DNA from: Octopus sinensis
Taxonomy: Eukaryota
NCBI RefSeq assembly: GCF_006345805.1
Contig: NC_043004.1
Coordinates: 87,172,001-87,236,000, forward strand
Length of the DNA stretch: 64,000 nt
Reading direction: 5' to 3'
The notes beneath the pieces are model-generated. The model ran no database searches. It was not told the DNA's origin and saw nothing but the letters and a program-made list of their open reading frames with translations. This document shows, in pieces, positions 38,201-51,228 of the stretch. The first letter of the stretch is position 1, and every line of letters starts with the position of its first letter. Made by a program: the position numbers and the translations under genes.

Positions 38201-39427
38201 TTTACTATGAATGTTGTTGGAAATATTCTGCTTGAGTTAGAACTTACTTAGGTTTGTCATAAGGCCAGAGTTTATTTCAGTTTCCATGGCATATGAGTGA
38301 CTGAGATTACCACACTCCCTGCTGAACAAGATAGTAGTAGTCTGTAACAGGGTTAACTTCCCAGCTATTGCAGAATGGACTTGAGCAATGTGAAATGGAG
38401 TTCTTCAAGAACACAACTCACCACCCAGTCTGGGAATTGAAATCATGATCATGCAGTTGTGAGTGCTGCATCCTAAACATTAGGCCATACACCTTCACTT
38501 GAGTTAGAACACCAGAGTATAATTAATGCTTGCTACCACAGTATTAGTGTCATCAACAAACTGGAGTACTGACAGGAATGAATATTAGCAAGGACAAATT
38601 TGTAGTGTTGCAACTCACACATGCAGGAAGAAGTCTTTATTGTTTTGTGCGGATGTTTGTTACTGGATCATGAACTCCATTAAATTATTTATTGACTAGT
38701 CCATTTCAGATCTTTAGATGACCAGAAACTGAGTCAGGATCATTGCCCATACATGGCCTGTATCACTTCAATAATTACACTTGTTAATGACATCTTGCCT
38801 CATGAACAACTGGCCAGACTAAATGTTTTCTTTGACTTTTCTTATGTGCTTTCTCATGATCAAAACGTCTATCTTTTTGACCAATAGAGAGAGAGAAACT
38901 TTTTCTCATGGCCACACTACTGACAGTGTCTATTTTTCACTTACTAACCACCATACATATTGATGTTGTTTATATCATATACAAATTTACAAGGGTTTTT
39001 TTTTTCATTTTGTAATGTCCTCTATTCTTTCTTGTTTCTTGACAAAGAAAAGAAATATTTCTTTCTTCCATTACACTTTCATCTTGTTCTAAATTATATA
39101 AATTTTGCTTCCTGTCAATGTACGGACCAGCATAAAAGACGCAATCAATTGAATACATTAGTAAATAGATCAATTAGCATAATTTATGAATTGAATTTTT
39201 CATATCTTATGAGTATATTTTCAATTACAATGATGTAGTTTTACACTAACATTCTGAGTTAAATTTAATCCAAAAAGAACTTACCTCTGAATTGTTTGAG
39301 TGTGACAACTTCATAAAGAACTGAGAAGTTTTTGGATGTTTATGCCTGTGGTAGAATGCTTTCCTTTAGCTTTCTCCTTGTTAACCAATTAGAGTGATTC
39401 CTGAACAACCCCACCCTTCATTTGTAG

Positions 39428-39588
39428 TGTAGCACTGCTGCTGTTGATGTTACCAGCCTGTGTCACCTTTAGTCTAGCAGTTTCCTCCAACAACAACAAC
39501 AACACAGATTTGCATCTCCATCCACACCACGGGCTCCATCTCTCACTAGAAATTTTATCACTTTTCGAGAATGGAAGTCTATAAAATG
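39428..39588 (+). other. Candidate alternative upstream exon of Rab3 ending in the short ORF MEVYKM
   Basis: Donor AAAATG|GTGAGT (intron from 39589). ATG GAA GTC TAT AAA ATG (39571-39588) is phase 0, so in frame with the Rab3 exon; in-frame TAG upstream at 39547; possible acceptor TTCATTTGTAG at 39427, or a first exon. Confidence 0.5.
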
Positions 39589-40668
39589 GTGAGTCTCTGC
39601 TCTAGTTATTTGTTTGATATTTTATGGTGATGTTGTGCTGTTTTTAAAGTAACCTCTGTTATGCCTTCATACCTTTCAAGAATGCTTGATACACTTTTTA
39701 TTTTTATTTTTTAGTTATTTGTTTGTTTTATTTTCCTCATTTTTGAAATTCTATGGCTTATCAGCAGTAATCTTTTCTATCTTAGTATGTTTTATTTTTC
39801 TAATAGAATTAACCCTGATGGCTAGTAGCTTTATCATATCTGTGTCTCTTTACTATTACATTTTATTTTTATTTTCAACAGTCCATAAAATAATACTGCA
39901 ACCCTTTCTTTTTATCTTTATTAAAACTGTCCTTTAGCTTATAAATTAAAGTTAGCATCTTATTTGGAATGGTTCTCATACAGTTCATGATATATAACTA
40001 CATTCCTGTCATAGCTCATCAAATTGGATAGCGACCCATGCCAGCATGGAAGGCAGACGTTAAGCAACGATGATGTTTATTCTTTAAGAGTTCTTCATAA
40101 GTTCCTATATATTAATGTTGTATACACCCCCTCCTTTCCCTTTAGAAATTTTAAGTTTATATCACAAAGACAATACTCCCAATTTGTGTTACATAGGTTT
40201 CCCAAACATGTCTATTCATTTTCTGAAACATTTTATTGTCGCTGTATGCTATTGGCTTCAAACTTTACAAACATTTCAAAATTATGTTGCTATAGTCATT
40301 GAACTTACATAACATCTATATTAAGTTACATATTCTACTACTGTTTTTATAACTCTGGTTAACTCTCATAAACTATTTTAAATCAATTACAGCCCTATCT
40401 ATGTTTTCCAGTTCAGCTGTGCTCTCATTTCTACACTCTCCAATTGAATGTACAGTCATCCATAATCTTTGGTCAAACTGTGTTCTCTTTGCTACTTTCT
40501 ATCTCTCTCTCTATTTGAGTTGTAATGCTACATTTATACTATTTATAGTGTTATTTTAAATTTCATATATATTTGTATCCTATTTTCTTCAGTCTGTTGA
40601 GATTACACTTCCAAATTTTTAAGTTATATATCAGATTGTGCTCCTTTAAACGAATTTCTTCTCAGACT

Positions 40669-40845
40669 GTTCCTTTATGCATGTTAACTATCCAACTATT
40701 CCTTTTTGCATGTTGTTTATCCCAATGTGCCTTTCTGCATGTTAGTTATCCCAATGTGCCTTTCTGCATGTTGATTATCCAGCTGTTCCTTTATGTATGT
40801 TACTTAACCCATTCTTATTTTCTGCATGTTAATTGTCTCACCTAC
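40669..40845 (+). repeat. 29-bp degenerate minisatellite (~6 units) with conserved TGCATG core
   Basis: TGCATG at 40678, 40707, 40736, 40765 and 40823, plus TGTATG at 40794: exact 29-bp period. Confidence 0.92.
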
Positions 40846-41122
40846 TGATTATCTTCCTGTATATAAGTCGTTTATTGTCTTTTCCACAAACCAGTTGTTG
40901 TATTGTAAGCTTATTTTTTGCATGCCAGATTTAAATTGTTGTGTATTTTGGTTTTGGTTTTTCTTAATTTATTTTGCATGTTGGTTTTCAGTTTACACTC
41001 TATGCATACCCATTTTTAAAGTTTAAAAAAAATATATTCTACTTACTCTGTTCTTTAATTTCTGCATGATATTCACTAAATTTCTGGTAGAGTTGTTTCT
41101 GTTTGTCAAAGTTGTTTTGTAG

Positions 41123-41153
41123 AATCCCCCCTAGTTAAGATACCCACTTACTG
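41123..41153 (+). other. Candidate 31-nt microexon in the Rab3 5' region
   Basis: GTTGTTTTGTAG|AATCCCCCCTAGTTAAGATACCCACTTACTG|GTGAGT; branch-like CACTAAA at ~41074; U/UG-rich upstream tract. Confidence 0.5.
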
Positions 41154-41861
41154 GTGAGTACCTGTATGTAGTGAAGTTAATGTAGCATCATAGATTGACA
41201 AATGCAAATCTTGACATGCAAATGTGTCAGAATCAAGTCTTGGATCTAATGGTAATGCTGACTTGGACAGTTTGGATCAGCCGTACTTTATCATCTCCAA
41301 GCCTGGATTCAGCACTGAAATCTAACAAAATATACTCATTCTACAGTGCTTGTGCTCCTCATATTTACAGTGCTAGTATTGGAATTTGAAATATTGAGCT
41401 TTTAAGCCAATCCCCTATCAACACAACCATTTGTAATTCTCTTAGAATTAATATACGGCTTTTTACAACTTTAATTTGTTGTTTTGAAATCAGAGTAGAA
41501 ATGGCATTGAACTATAAACAGTATTATTTTAAATTTAACTTACAATGAAAGTAAACAAAGTTTGCTTTAGAAGCGTTGAGATATATTGAAAGATACAGAA
41601 ATAATTTATTCTCAAACGATTTTTTTCTGAAATATATGGATAGTTTATCCTGTTCATGCTATTATATTAACATTATCATGTGTTTGAGAATAAATAATTT
41701 CTGTATCTTTCAATATTCTTTTAATATTTGTAACTTGTTAACAGCAAATTCATTACAAATTTTACTATGTTGAGTCTTCATTTTAAAAAGAATTCCTAAT
41801 AGCAGTAATCAGGTTAGATCTATATATCTTTAACTATTAAGAAAATGATCTCAAGAGTTTA

Positions 41862-41897
<36 letters not shown>

Positions 41898-42698
41898 TGT
41901 GTTCACATCTTAGTATGATACTGAATGATTCATCTGAAAAATTAAGATTTTCACATCTTGTAACATATTTTAAAGTGACACTATTAAGCCACCATAGTAC
42001 ATAACCATCACAAAAATAAATTTATTCAACATTTTGCAGTTGTGGCATATCAAAGCTGAAATGTTGAATACATTACCTTTGTAGCATTTTGTTTATCTGA
42101 AAAATATAGGCTTAAACCTCATACATTGATTGAATTAATGACCAAGAATTGAAAATTGAAAGTTTCATCAACAAATGACTTCAATTTTTAAGAGAACAAA
42201 AAATGATTTGAATAAACTGTTTCCATCTGTGACACATCACATCAAAGCATTAGAATAATGCCATGAAAAACAGACAGTGTCTTTCAAGTTTAATGTAATT
42301 GTAACCATAACCATATATTTTACAAAGGTGAATGCTTATAATGCCTAAAACGTGCCAAGAAGAGGAAACTTTACAAACAGATTCAAACGGATTCAAATGA
42401 ACAAGTTAAAGAACAATTTAAAACTCTTTGATTATGGTTATCTTTTAAAATCCAATGTGAGAGAAAAATAGTTTCATTTCCTCCTAGTTTTAGCTGTGTG
42501 TGTGTGTGTGTGTGTATAAGTAGAGATATAAATACACATATGTACATGTACACAAGTTGGAAACAGGTAAGAGTTGGTGAAAAGAAAGGCAGCCAGTCAT
42601 AGAAAATATGCTTCAACAAATCTTAGTCATTTATCTTTTATTTGTTTCTGTCACTGGACTTCGGCCAAGCTTGGGCACCACCTTGAAGGGTTTTAGTT

Positions 42699-42935
42699 CA
42701 GTGATTCTCAACCGAGGTCCACATGACCCTTGGGGGTTCATATAATATTTTCTTATTAAAGTTTATGGGCAATAAATTGGTTATTCTTCTACACTACACA
42801 AAATATTTTGACAATGTTCTAATACAATTCCTAATAATATTTTATTATTAAAATGTAATGGGATGCTTTTTAAACATCAAATTGCAATGGAGGAGGTCCA
42901 GTAGCGTAAATTAAAAGTCAAAGGGGTCCATAGGC
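42699..42935. mobile_element. hAT-like non-autonomous element fragment inserted in a SINE
   Basis: Starts CAGTGATTCTCAACCG (hAT/Charlie-type terminus) with GGGGTCCA subterminal motifs at both ends; right TIR not clearly retained; SINE sequence on both sides (42630-42698, 42950-43090). Confidence 0.5.
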
Positions 42936-43159
42936 AATGAAGTGGAACTTTTAATGGAACAAATCAACCTCAGTACTTATTTATTTTTTAAGTGTGGTAC
43001 TTACTCTATTGGTCATTTTTGCCAAAGTGCTAAGTTACAGGGACACAAACAAACTAATGGCTGTCAAGTAGTGGTGGGAGACAAACACAACACACACACA
43101 CACTATATATATAATAATACTAATAATAATAAACATTGTGTACAGTGCTCAGGTGCACT

Positions 43160-43243
<84 letters not shown>

Positions 43244-43404
43244 CAGATGCCTTTCTCCATGTAGTCGGGTTGGGGGTGCTGTTAGAACAGTGGGATATTT
43301 TCCTACTTTTCTTAACATGAGGCCAATGGTGGCCTTAATTCACAAATAAAGAAATTATATCCACCAACACGGTGTTGAATGCTCATTTTCATCATTCATA
43401 ATAT

Positions 43405-43449
<45 letters not shown>

Positions 43450-43454
43450 TATGT

Positions 43455-43610
43455 GTGGGTGTGTGGTAAGAACCTTACTTCCCAACCACATGGTACTGGG
43501 GTCAGTCCACTGCGTGGCACTTTGGGCAAGTGTCTTCTACTATAGTTTCAGGCTGACCAAAGCCTTGTGAGTGGATTTGGTAGACGGAAACCAAAAGCAG
43601 TCCAACGTGT
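43455..43610 (+). mobile_element. tRNA-headed SINE 5' half, followed by an inverted partial copy (43670-43778)
   Basis: GTGTGGTAAGAA..TTACTTCCCAACCACATGG..GGG.TCAGTCC.CTGCGTGGCAC.TTGGGCAAGTGTCTTCTAC..GGATTTGGTAGACGGAAAC. Confidence 0.8.
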
Positions 43611-44342
43611 ATATATGTATATGTTTGTGTGTGTGTATGTGTGTGTGTGTGCATGTGTGTATAATGGATGTCTTTCAGTTTCTGTTTACCAAATCCATTT
43701 ACAAAACTTTAGTAAGTCTGGTGCTATTGTAAAAAGCACTTGCCAAAGGTGTCACACAGTGGGACTGAACCCAAGACCTATATATATATATATACACACA
43801 CACATATACATATGTTCATATATATATTGATTTTAATGAATTTACAGTGACTTAAAATGTTAGCAGTAATTGGCTGTGTCACACTGCGAGGTCTGTCCAT
43901 TTCTATGCATGGGCTCATCATATGGGTTGATGATTTCATTGAAATGTATGCATGATTTACAAAGTAGAAATATCTGAAGTAATAAAATATTGAATTGAGT
44001 TGAGAAGTAGAAATGATTCTTAACTTGCACTGGAGTACTTGAGTAAGGTTGATAAGCCTTTGCCAAATTTTCCATGTGAAAGCAAATATTATAATCTACT
44101 TAAATATTTATTAATAACACTTTTAGTTAATGCTTGATTATGAAGGGCTATACTTAAAGAAACATATATATATATATATCTAATATAGGATATTTTCGAA
44201 AATAGATTTTATCAAAGGCCAGCATATTAAAAAATACCTTTAAAGGTTAAATTTATAAGCAACTTATAAACAAGGGCAAAAGAAAAAATTTTCTAATGCC
44301 AAATATGCCGAAACTAGACACAACGTCCATAACCATATAAGT

Positions 44343-44377
<35 letters not shown>

Positions 44378-44559
44378 AAGTTTATTATTATAGAAGATAA
44401 AGATAAGCATCAATCAATATTTTCATCTCTCAAAGAAGTTGAGACTCCAGGTCTTTTTGAAAGCTCTAGCATTGAAATACACATAACAAATTATAAAACC
44501 TATGAGCAAGACAGAGAACAAATGCATGTATAAAAGCCCAGTAGAGTTTATAATGGAGA

Positions 44560-44592
<33 letters not shown>

Positions 44593-44965
44593 AAACTGAT
44601 ATGATTGTCACTGTGCCTCCTTTTTCCTGTTTGTCTATCTCTGATTCTCCATTTAATGAAAGGAACTTTTGGCTGCTAAAATACTTTCGGTACATCAGTA
44701 ATTCATTAGAACATTGTTAATTAACTGCATAGTGATAAGATTATGCATTGTGAGTTTAGATATCCATCTGTAACTTGCATAGAATTATTTAATTCTATGT
44801 AGATTTAACTTTTTAATTAAATGATAAAGAGGAACAATGATGGCATATTTTATTCAATTAAGCCCTCTTGATACAGTTTGTCACAAGTTATTAATTATAA
44901 AATTAAATATTTATAAACAACGTTATTTTTCTTAAGTAGAAATTTCTATCACTATCAAGATATCT

Positions 44966-44996
<31 letters not shown>

Positions 44997-45073
44997 AGTC
45001 AATTTGGCAATCAATCATGCACATACACATTGATAGATATTATATATAAATTTATTTCTGTATGTGTATGTAT

Positions 45074-45122
<49 letters not shown>

Positions 45123-45159
45123 TCATCGGTAAATTATAAATCTGAAAGAGCTATAACTT

Positions 45160-45258
<99 letters not shown>

Positions 45259-45556
45259 TATATATATAGTTATAATTTTCTTTCGAAACACATAGACAGC
45301 ATAGAAGTGCTCAAGTCAAGCTTGAAGTGTTAGGATTACAATAGAAAAAGTTCAAATCAGGAAAACTACAGTTAACACATATATATATATATATATAGAT
45401 ATAGAGAGAGAGAGAGAGAGAGAGAGGTTTAATTAAGATAAAATAAGAATTGTCCAAGCTGAAACATGTATTGATATATTAGAGATATAAAGATATATGA
45501 ATACTAAAAATATTCATGGACATATAAATATATGAAGATATATATATATATATGGA

Positions 45557-46060
45557 CAGGTGCCATAATGGCTGCATGATTAAAAAGCTCACTCCCTAAT
45601 CACATGGCTTGATCAGTCCTGCTGTGCAGCACTTTGAGCAAATGTCTTCTATGATAGCCACAGGCCCACTGAAATATTAGAAAACCCCTTTGTGTGTGTG
45701 TGTATGTAGTGGGAGTGGTATTTATATATGTATATATTTATGAGTATATGTATTGAAATATATGTACATGTATATGTACAGAAACTGTTAAGCTTCTGGT
45801 GTTCGTGTATGCATATATGTCTGTGGATGTTTGTGCTTGTGTGTGTGTATACCCTTGTCTTGATATCACATGATGGTTGTAAATGAATACCAACGTCATG
45901 CAGGCAATGTTGTTTATTTCCAGTCTTCCATGAGAAATGTATCTGACTTTTGCAAATGTTACCTTGCTTGGAAACAGGTGCATCCAACTATAGACAATAT
46001 GCCTCAGCAAATTCCATCTGACCCATGTAAGCATGAATAAGTGGACATTAGACAAGATGA
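45557..46060 (+). mobile_element. tRNA-headed SINE with RTE-like tail and expanded internal microsatellite
   Basis: Homologous head (GAGCAAATGTCTTCT.TGATAGCC) and tail (TTGCTTGGAAACAGG..AAATTCCATCTGACCCATG.AAGCATG..GGACATTA). Confidence 0.75.
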
Positions 46061-46310
46061 AATCTTTATATATAAATCCATGAAACAGAATAAGAACATG
46101 ACGAATGACAATTAAAACATACGGACAGAAAGATGATACAAAGACGGACATGAAAAACCAGAACAGATCCTTCATGGCTTTCTTTTCATCAGTCAAGTTT
46201 CCAATTATCATTACAGTTTCAGCCTGTTACATTTGAAACTGTTCAAAATTGGTAGGCCCCAAAAATCTACGCTAACAGCATTAACTTTCTGGAAGAAAGC
46301 AAGCACATGT

Positions 46311-46738
46311 GTAAAACAGGCAAACAACTGGTATCAAGTTAGATTATGACATTTATACCTTTAAACATGACGGTTGAGTTGTTAAAGGAGTATAGATCAT
46401 AAGGAGAAAGGAAATAAATAGGTGTGCAGAAAGTCTCTAACAGCTGTTTCAAGAACAGATGCACAGATTATGCATCTTGTGCAAATAAATGCTAGCTATC
46501 CATATAACAGCAGTCTATTCCATTACTGAAAGGAGATTTGAGATATAGCAGAGGATGATGGAATAGATCACTGCTGCTGTTTGTTTTAGACAAGGTGCAT
46601 CTATTCTTGAAATAGCTGTAAGAGACTGTCTGCACACATTATTACTTCCTTATCATCTGTACTCATGTAACAACTTAACTGTCATATTTAAAGATATGTC
46701 ATAATCTTATCTGATACCAGTTGTCTGCTTGTTTATAC
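46311..46738. repeat. Fold-back element with ~150-bp arms carrying hammerhead 3' halves
   Basis: AAACAGGCAAACAACTGGTATCA..GATTATGACAT..GTGTGCAGAAAGTCTCTAACAGCTGTTTCAAGAACAGATGCAC (to 46464) is mirrored by GTGCATCTATTCTTGAAATAGCTGTAAGAGAC..TGCACAC..ATGTCATAATC..TGATACCAGTTGTCTGCTTGTTT (from 46595); additional inner IR TCTATTCCAT/ATGGAATAGA. Confidence 0.9.
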
Positions 46739-46959
46739 TTTTATTCTGTTGTGTAGGTACCTGCTCAGTTGATAAACTTTTTTATAGCTAATTGTCATAA
46801 GGCAGTTATAACATCCCTGCTTTTAGCTGCAGTTTAAATTAGAGTCATAGGCAGCAAGTCAACCTTGAGTATTAACTGTATGTAACTATTTTTATGTCAT
46901 CAGACATGATATTACTTGAATTCTATCTTTATGTATTATGTATTCTTCATGATGGTACA

Positions 46960-47890
46960 AAACAGAAGAGAGCTAAGGATCCAACTCGGATAGATCCCAA
47001 CCTACTCACTTAATTCATTGTTAACTCTCACCTTGTTAACTGCCTTTACAAACATAGTTTCACAACCTTATTAGCCATTCTTCTACTAGCTTCTTTTGTG
47101 CCCACTAGATGACAGAGCAAAGGAGTCTGCTAATGATATTTTTCAGATCTGCAAATGCTAGGCATAGAGGCTTATTTCTAGCTAAATATTTCTCTGGCAT
47201 TTATCTCACTAGGAAGATGACATCAGTGATTCTTCATGGTGATACAAAACAAAACTGTGTCCCTTGTAGGTTAATCTTACTTCAGATCAACTTTGCTATA
47301 ATTCCTTCACCTTTATATCAGTTTACAATAATCATTTCTATTATAGGCACAAGGCCTGAAATTTGTGGGGAGGGGGTAAGCCAATTATATTAATCCCCAG
47401 TGTGTAACTGGTACTTATTTAATCGATCCAATAATGCTGCTATGTCAGCCACTAGATATGAAACTCTTTTATTACCTGATTAACTCTTTGAGTGACTAAA
47501 CCATACCCTTCTTCACCAGATATTTTGAGCATCTGTGACTGTTTCCCTTTGGCTAGCTATTTTCCCTGCTTTCATATCCTTAACACCCTATCCATCTTGT
47601 CTACTTGAGTGGATGGTCCCTGTCGTGAGTCTTCTTGGGACAGACTCCCTCCCTCTCATGTGTTCTCCACGTTCAACAGCCCCTCATAGTTGCACCTCCA
47701 TAGCCTTTCTTTTCAGTGTCATTGAGAGTAAGTGTGCCATTATCATTTTGCTTACAGTTCTCCCTGATGATATCTTATTTCACTTTAGTACATTATTTCA
47801 ATATTCTGAACATCTTGTGCTGCTGATCCTCATACTGCAAAACATGAACAATCTTCTTTCTTTCTACTTCTCCCTCTGCCTAAATGTATT
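46960..47890 (-). mobile_element. Old RTE LINE RT fragment interrupted by a SINE piece
   Basis: Minus strand gives EKYLARNKPLCLAFADL-like sequence at ~47140-47195, homologous to QEKYLAKDKPLYLAFVDM of the young copy. Confidence 0.75.
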
Positions 47891-47907
47891 TGCTGTCTAA
47901 CCTCACC

Positions 47908-47913
47908 TGTATG

Positions 47914-47964
<51 letters not shown>

Positions 47965-48180
47965 ATGTGTATGCGTATATGTATGTATATGTATATATGT
48001 ATATGTGTGTATGTATATATGTATGTGTATGTATGTGTGTATGTATATATGTGTATGTGTGTGTATACGTATGTATGTGTGTGTGTATGTATATATGTGA
48101 GTGCATATGTATGTATATGTGTGTGTATATGTATCTATATGTGTATGTAAATGTATGTATATATATGTATATATATATAT
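47908..48180. repeat. (TA)n/(TATG)n/(TG)n compound microsatellite
   Basis: Directly visible. Confidence 0.95.
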
Positions 48181-48568
48181 TTACTTTGAGCCCTCAGTTT
48201 CTTTGTGGAATCATAAGAGTGGCCTCATCACATATAACGTGTCTTGGGTATATTTAGACTTGGCAAAGTCTAACCCACTCTAGGTTTGATGATAGTCAAT
48301 TTTTTCCAGAAGAGAGAAAGTCACACAGACAGAAAGAAAGTGAGAGAAAGAGAAGTGCTTTTGTCATGAACAAAAATATAAAAGCAATTTAAGAGCAGAT
48401 GCTAACTACAGATCCATTAGATAGAAGGTCAGCTGCTTATCACCCTTGCTTTTAATGTTGTGGTCATTGTTTAACCTTAGATCTGCTTTGGTCAAGCAAA
48501 GTCATGTTCAAAGGTGCTCCAGTCATTACTACATTGTGTCCATCATTTCTTTAAAACAGTCAACTATA

Positions 48569-48750
48569 TGCAACTATGAAGGGCTGTTGTGCAACTATGA
48601 AGGGCTGTTGTGCAACTATGAGGGGCTGTTGAATGTGGAGAAAACATGGGAGAGAGGGAATCTGTCCCGAGTACTCATGACAGGGACCAGCCACTCAAGA
48701 AAAGATGGATAGGGTGTTAAGGATATGGAAGCAGGGAAAATAGCTGGTCA
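48569..48750 (+). repeat. 21-bp triple tandem repeat leading into an inverted copy of RTE fragment 47551-47695
   Basis: TGCAACTATGA(A/G)GGGCTGTTG x3 (48569-48631); 48611-48750 is the diverged reverse complement of 47551-47695. Confidence 0.85.
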
Positions 48751-51193
48751 GAAGGATTTGGCTGATATTTCTTGCAGGTTGAGCAACTTTTAAGAGGCTC
48801 ATTTGTTGGATCTACATTCAATATATTTTGGTTTGCCTTATCATTCATTTGAATATACTCTTTTACTCTTTCTCTTGCTTCAGTCTTTCAAAATACAGCT
48901 CTGCTGAGCCACCAACAGAATTGCTTCAGATTCTGGAATCAGAGGCTTTTTTAAATTTTTTTATTTTAATGAAAACATGGTGATCTAATTGTTTTGTGAA
49001 ATCATATATTGTAATATATTACCAGTTCTCAGTCAAACCATCCGACCCATGCCAGCATGGAAAATGGACGTTAAATGATGATGATGATGAGGTTGAGTTA
49101 TATCAATGTTAATGCTTTGTAAATAATCTAATTTTAGCTACAGGTAATGATTTTAAGGCTGTAGAAACCTGCACTGGTGATCAAAAATGTACCTACATCC
49201 CATATTTGATGGCATAAAAGACTTACAAGCATATTAGACACACCCTAATTTCAGCGGCACATATTCAGAAAAAAAGGCTTTTAGTACATTAAAACTTATG
49301 GAGGCTCAAATTCACAAATAAGACCGGGGGGGGGGGTCTGAAGAAGTGTGTCTTATATGTCTTCAAAAACAGTACTTGTTCAGAAGTTCATTTTCCCTCA
49401 CATATAGGTTTTCAGGTTCTAATTTGTTCAAAATATGATAATCTGAAGAATTGTGAGCAAATATTTTCTTTAAAAAGAAAAGACATTCAAACATGAAATA
49501 GCGTTGTTGTTGGTGAATTTGAACCAAGTTTGTAAATCAATAAAAACAACAGTTGGCAATTTGTTAAAACCACTCCTTGAATTATTTAGGAAATTTGTTC
49601 CATACATTGTCATTCAAACTTTATATACCTAATCTTTGATTTGTTGAACTATCATAGTAGTTTATATTCAAGTGAGCATCTTTGTTTTTAATATTAAACA
49701 ACCAAAATAAAATATGATGGATTGTTCAGACCACAGAGTATTGATCTAAGTCCTTGTCAGCTTTATCCCTCTTTGTTCCTACTTCAAATTCCACCATAGT
49801 TTAACTTGCCTTTTACTTTTCCAGAGCCAGTATTTTATCAAGAATCAATTTTATCAATCATACTTCCAGCACTAGAAAAATTTCTGTTGTACGTCATCAA
49901 AATATATTAAAAAATTTTAAATCCAAATAAAAGGTGTTTTAAATAACATTCTATTTTTTCAATATTTTAATACAACCTGCAGTCACAATTGTATAAAATA
50001 TAGAGAACAGTGGCTTTCAAGTTAGAAAAGTAAAAGGCATAGAACTGTTTATATCAATCTTATAGAAGCTATCTTCAGTGAACATAACACAAAGTTGGGT
50101 TTTGAGGGAGGTGGTGGGGGTATACAGTACTAGCTACTCAAATAATGGGTTCATTGATTTTTCAGGCTTTTTTTTTTATTGTCTTGATTTAGTAGTTTTC
50201 AAAAATAAACTTGATTACAAAATAGCACACTGTGAACTTTATTACCTTCCAGGTAGAGTTTGATTACTTAACCTAATAAAGTCTCTTATAACAGGATTAT
50301 CTCAAGGAATCCATAGGCTATTAAAAGATTAATTTTCAACAACCAAATTCCCTCACTATAATTCATTATATTATTATCTTAACCAAAATGTACTAAAGTT
50401 TAAAAATGGATTAATCACACTTTCTTGCTTGGTTATTTAAATAAAGGGTCACAGTGTTAAATAAACTTAGCTATGAAGTGTTAAATTGATCTGATTGTAT
50501 TCGATTAGGATCAGCAGATTGTTGAGGATAGTTGGCAATACTAAATTATTAATGAGTAGAAAATGTAATCCATTTTTGATACCTAAAATTCTTTTTAATG
50601 AGTAATTATTATTATTGATAACAGAAAAAATTCTGTAGTTACTAAAATTAATCTGTTCCATTTTGAAGTAAAACTCACATTTTGATCAAGTTAGCCCTTG
50701 TTCATTATCATGTCACATAAGTACATGTTGATTAGTTCTGTTGCACCAGGCTCCAACTGTTTGTTTTGGCAAGGTTTCTATGACTGGATGCACTTCCTAA
50801 TAATGCCAACCACTTTGCTGAATGTACTGGGTGCTTTTTACATGGAGCCAGTACATAAATAGATCTGTAAATACATTAACCAATGTATTCTTTGTTTTAA
50901 GATGGAAGGATATAATTTGAGTTAGATTGGCTGCTAGTTCTTGCTGATGAAGCAACTATGTAGGAGCTTCATCTTTGGACTATATGCATATATATATATA
51001 TATATATATATATAATTGAAAAATAGGATAAAATCTTTATAAGAATTTATCAAGTAGTAAGGGAAAAATACATCAATTTATTCCTCTTAACTATATTTAT
51101 TTATATTAAGGGCATTACTATACATAAATGCCTCACGCTAGGAGGGATGCTTAAAGTCAAAACTACCATAATAAATAAACAGTATTGCCCTTA

Positions 51194-51228
<35 letters not shown>

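Noticed and set aside
40669-40845. Regularly spaced repeats as a CRISPR array (also 17044-17497, 48569-48631)
   Set aside because: Eukaryotic context, no unique spacers, no cas genes; these are tandem repeats.
46170-46235. Minus-strand GAAAC...CTGATGA (permuted hammerhead order)
   Set aside because: Could not build stems I and III in this copy; worth rechecking only against a family consensus.
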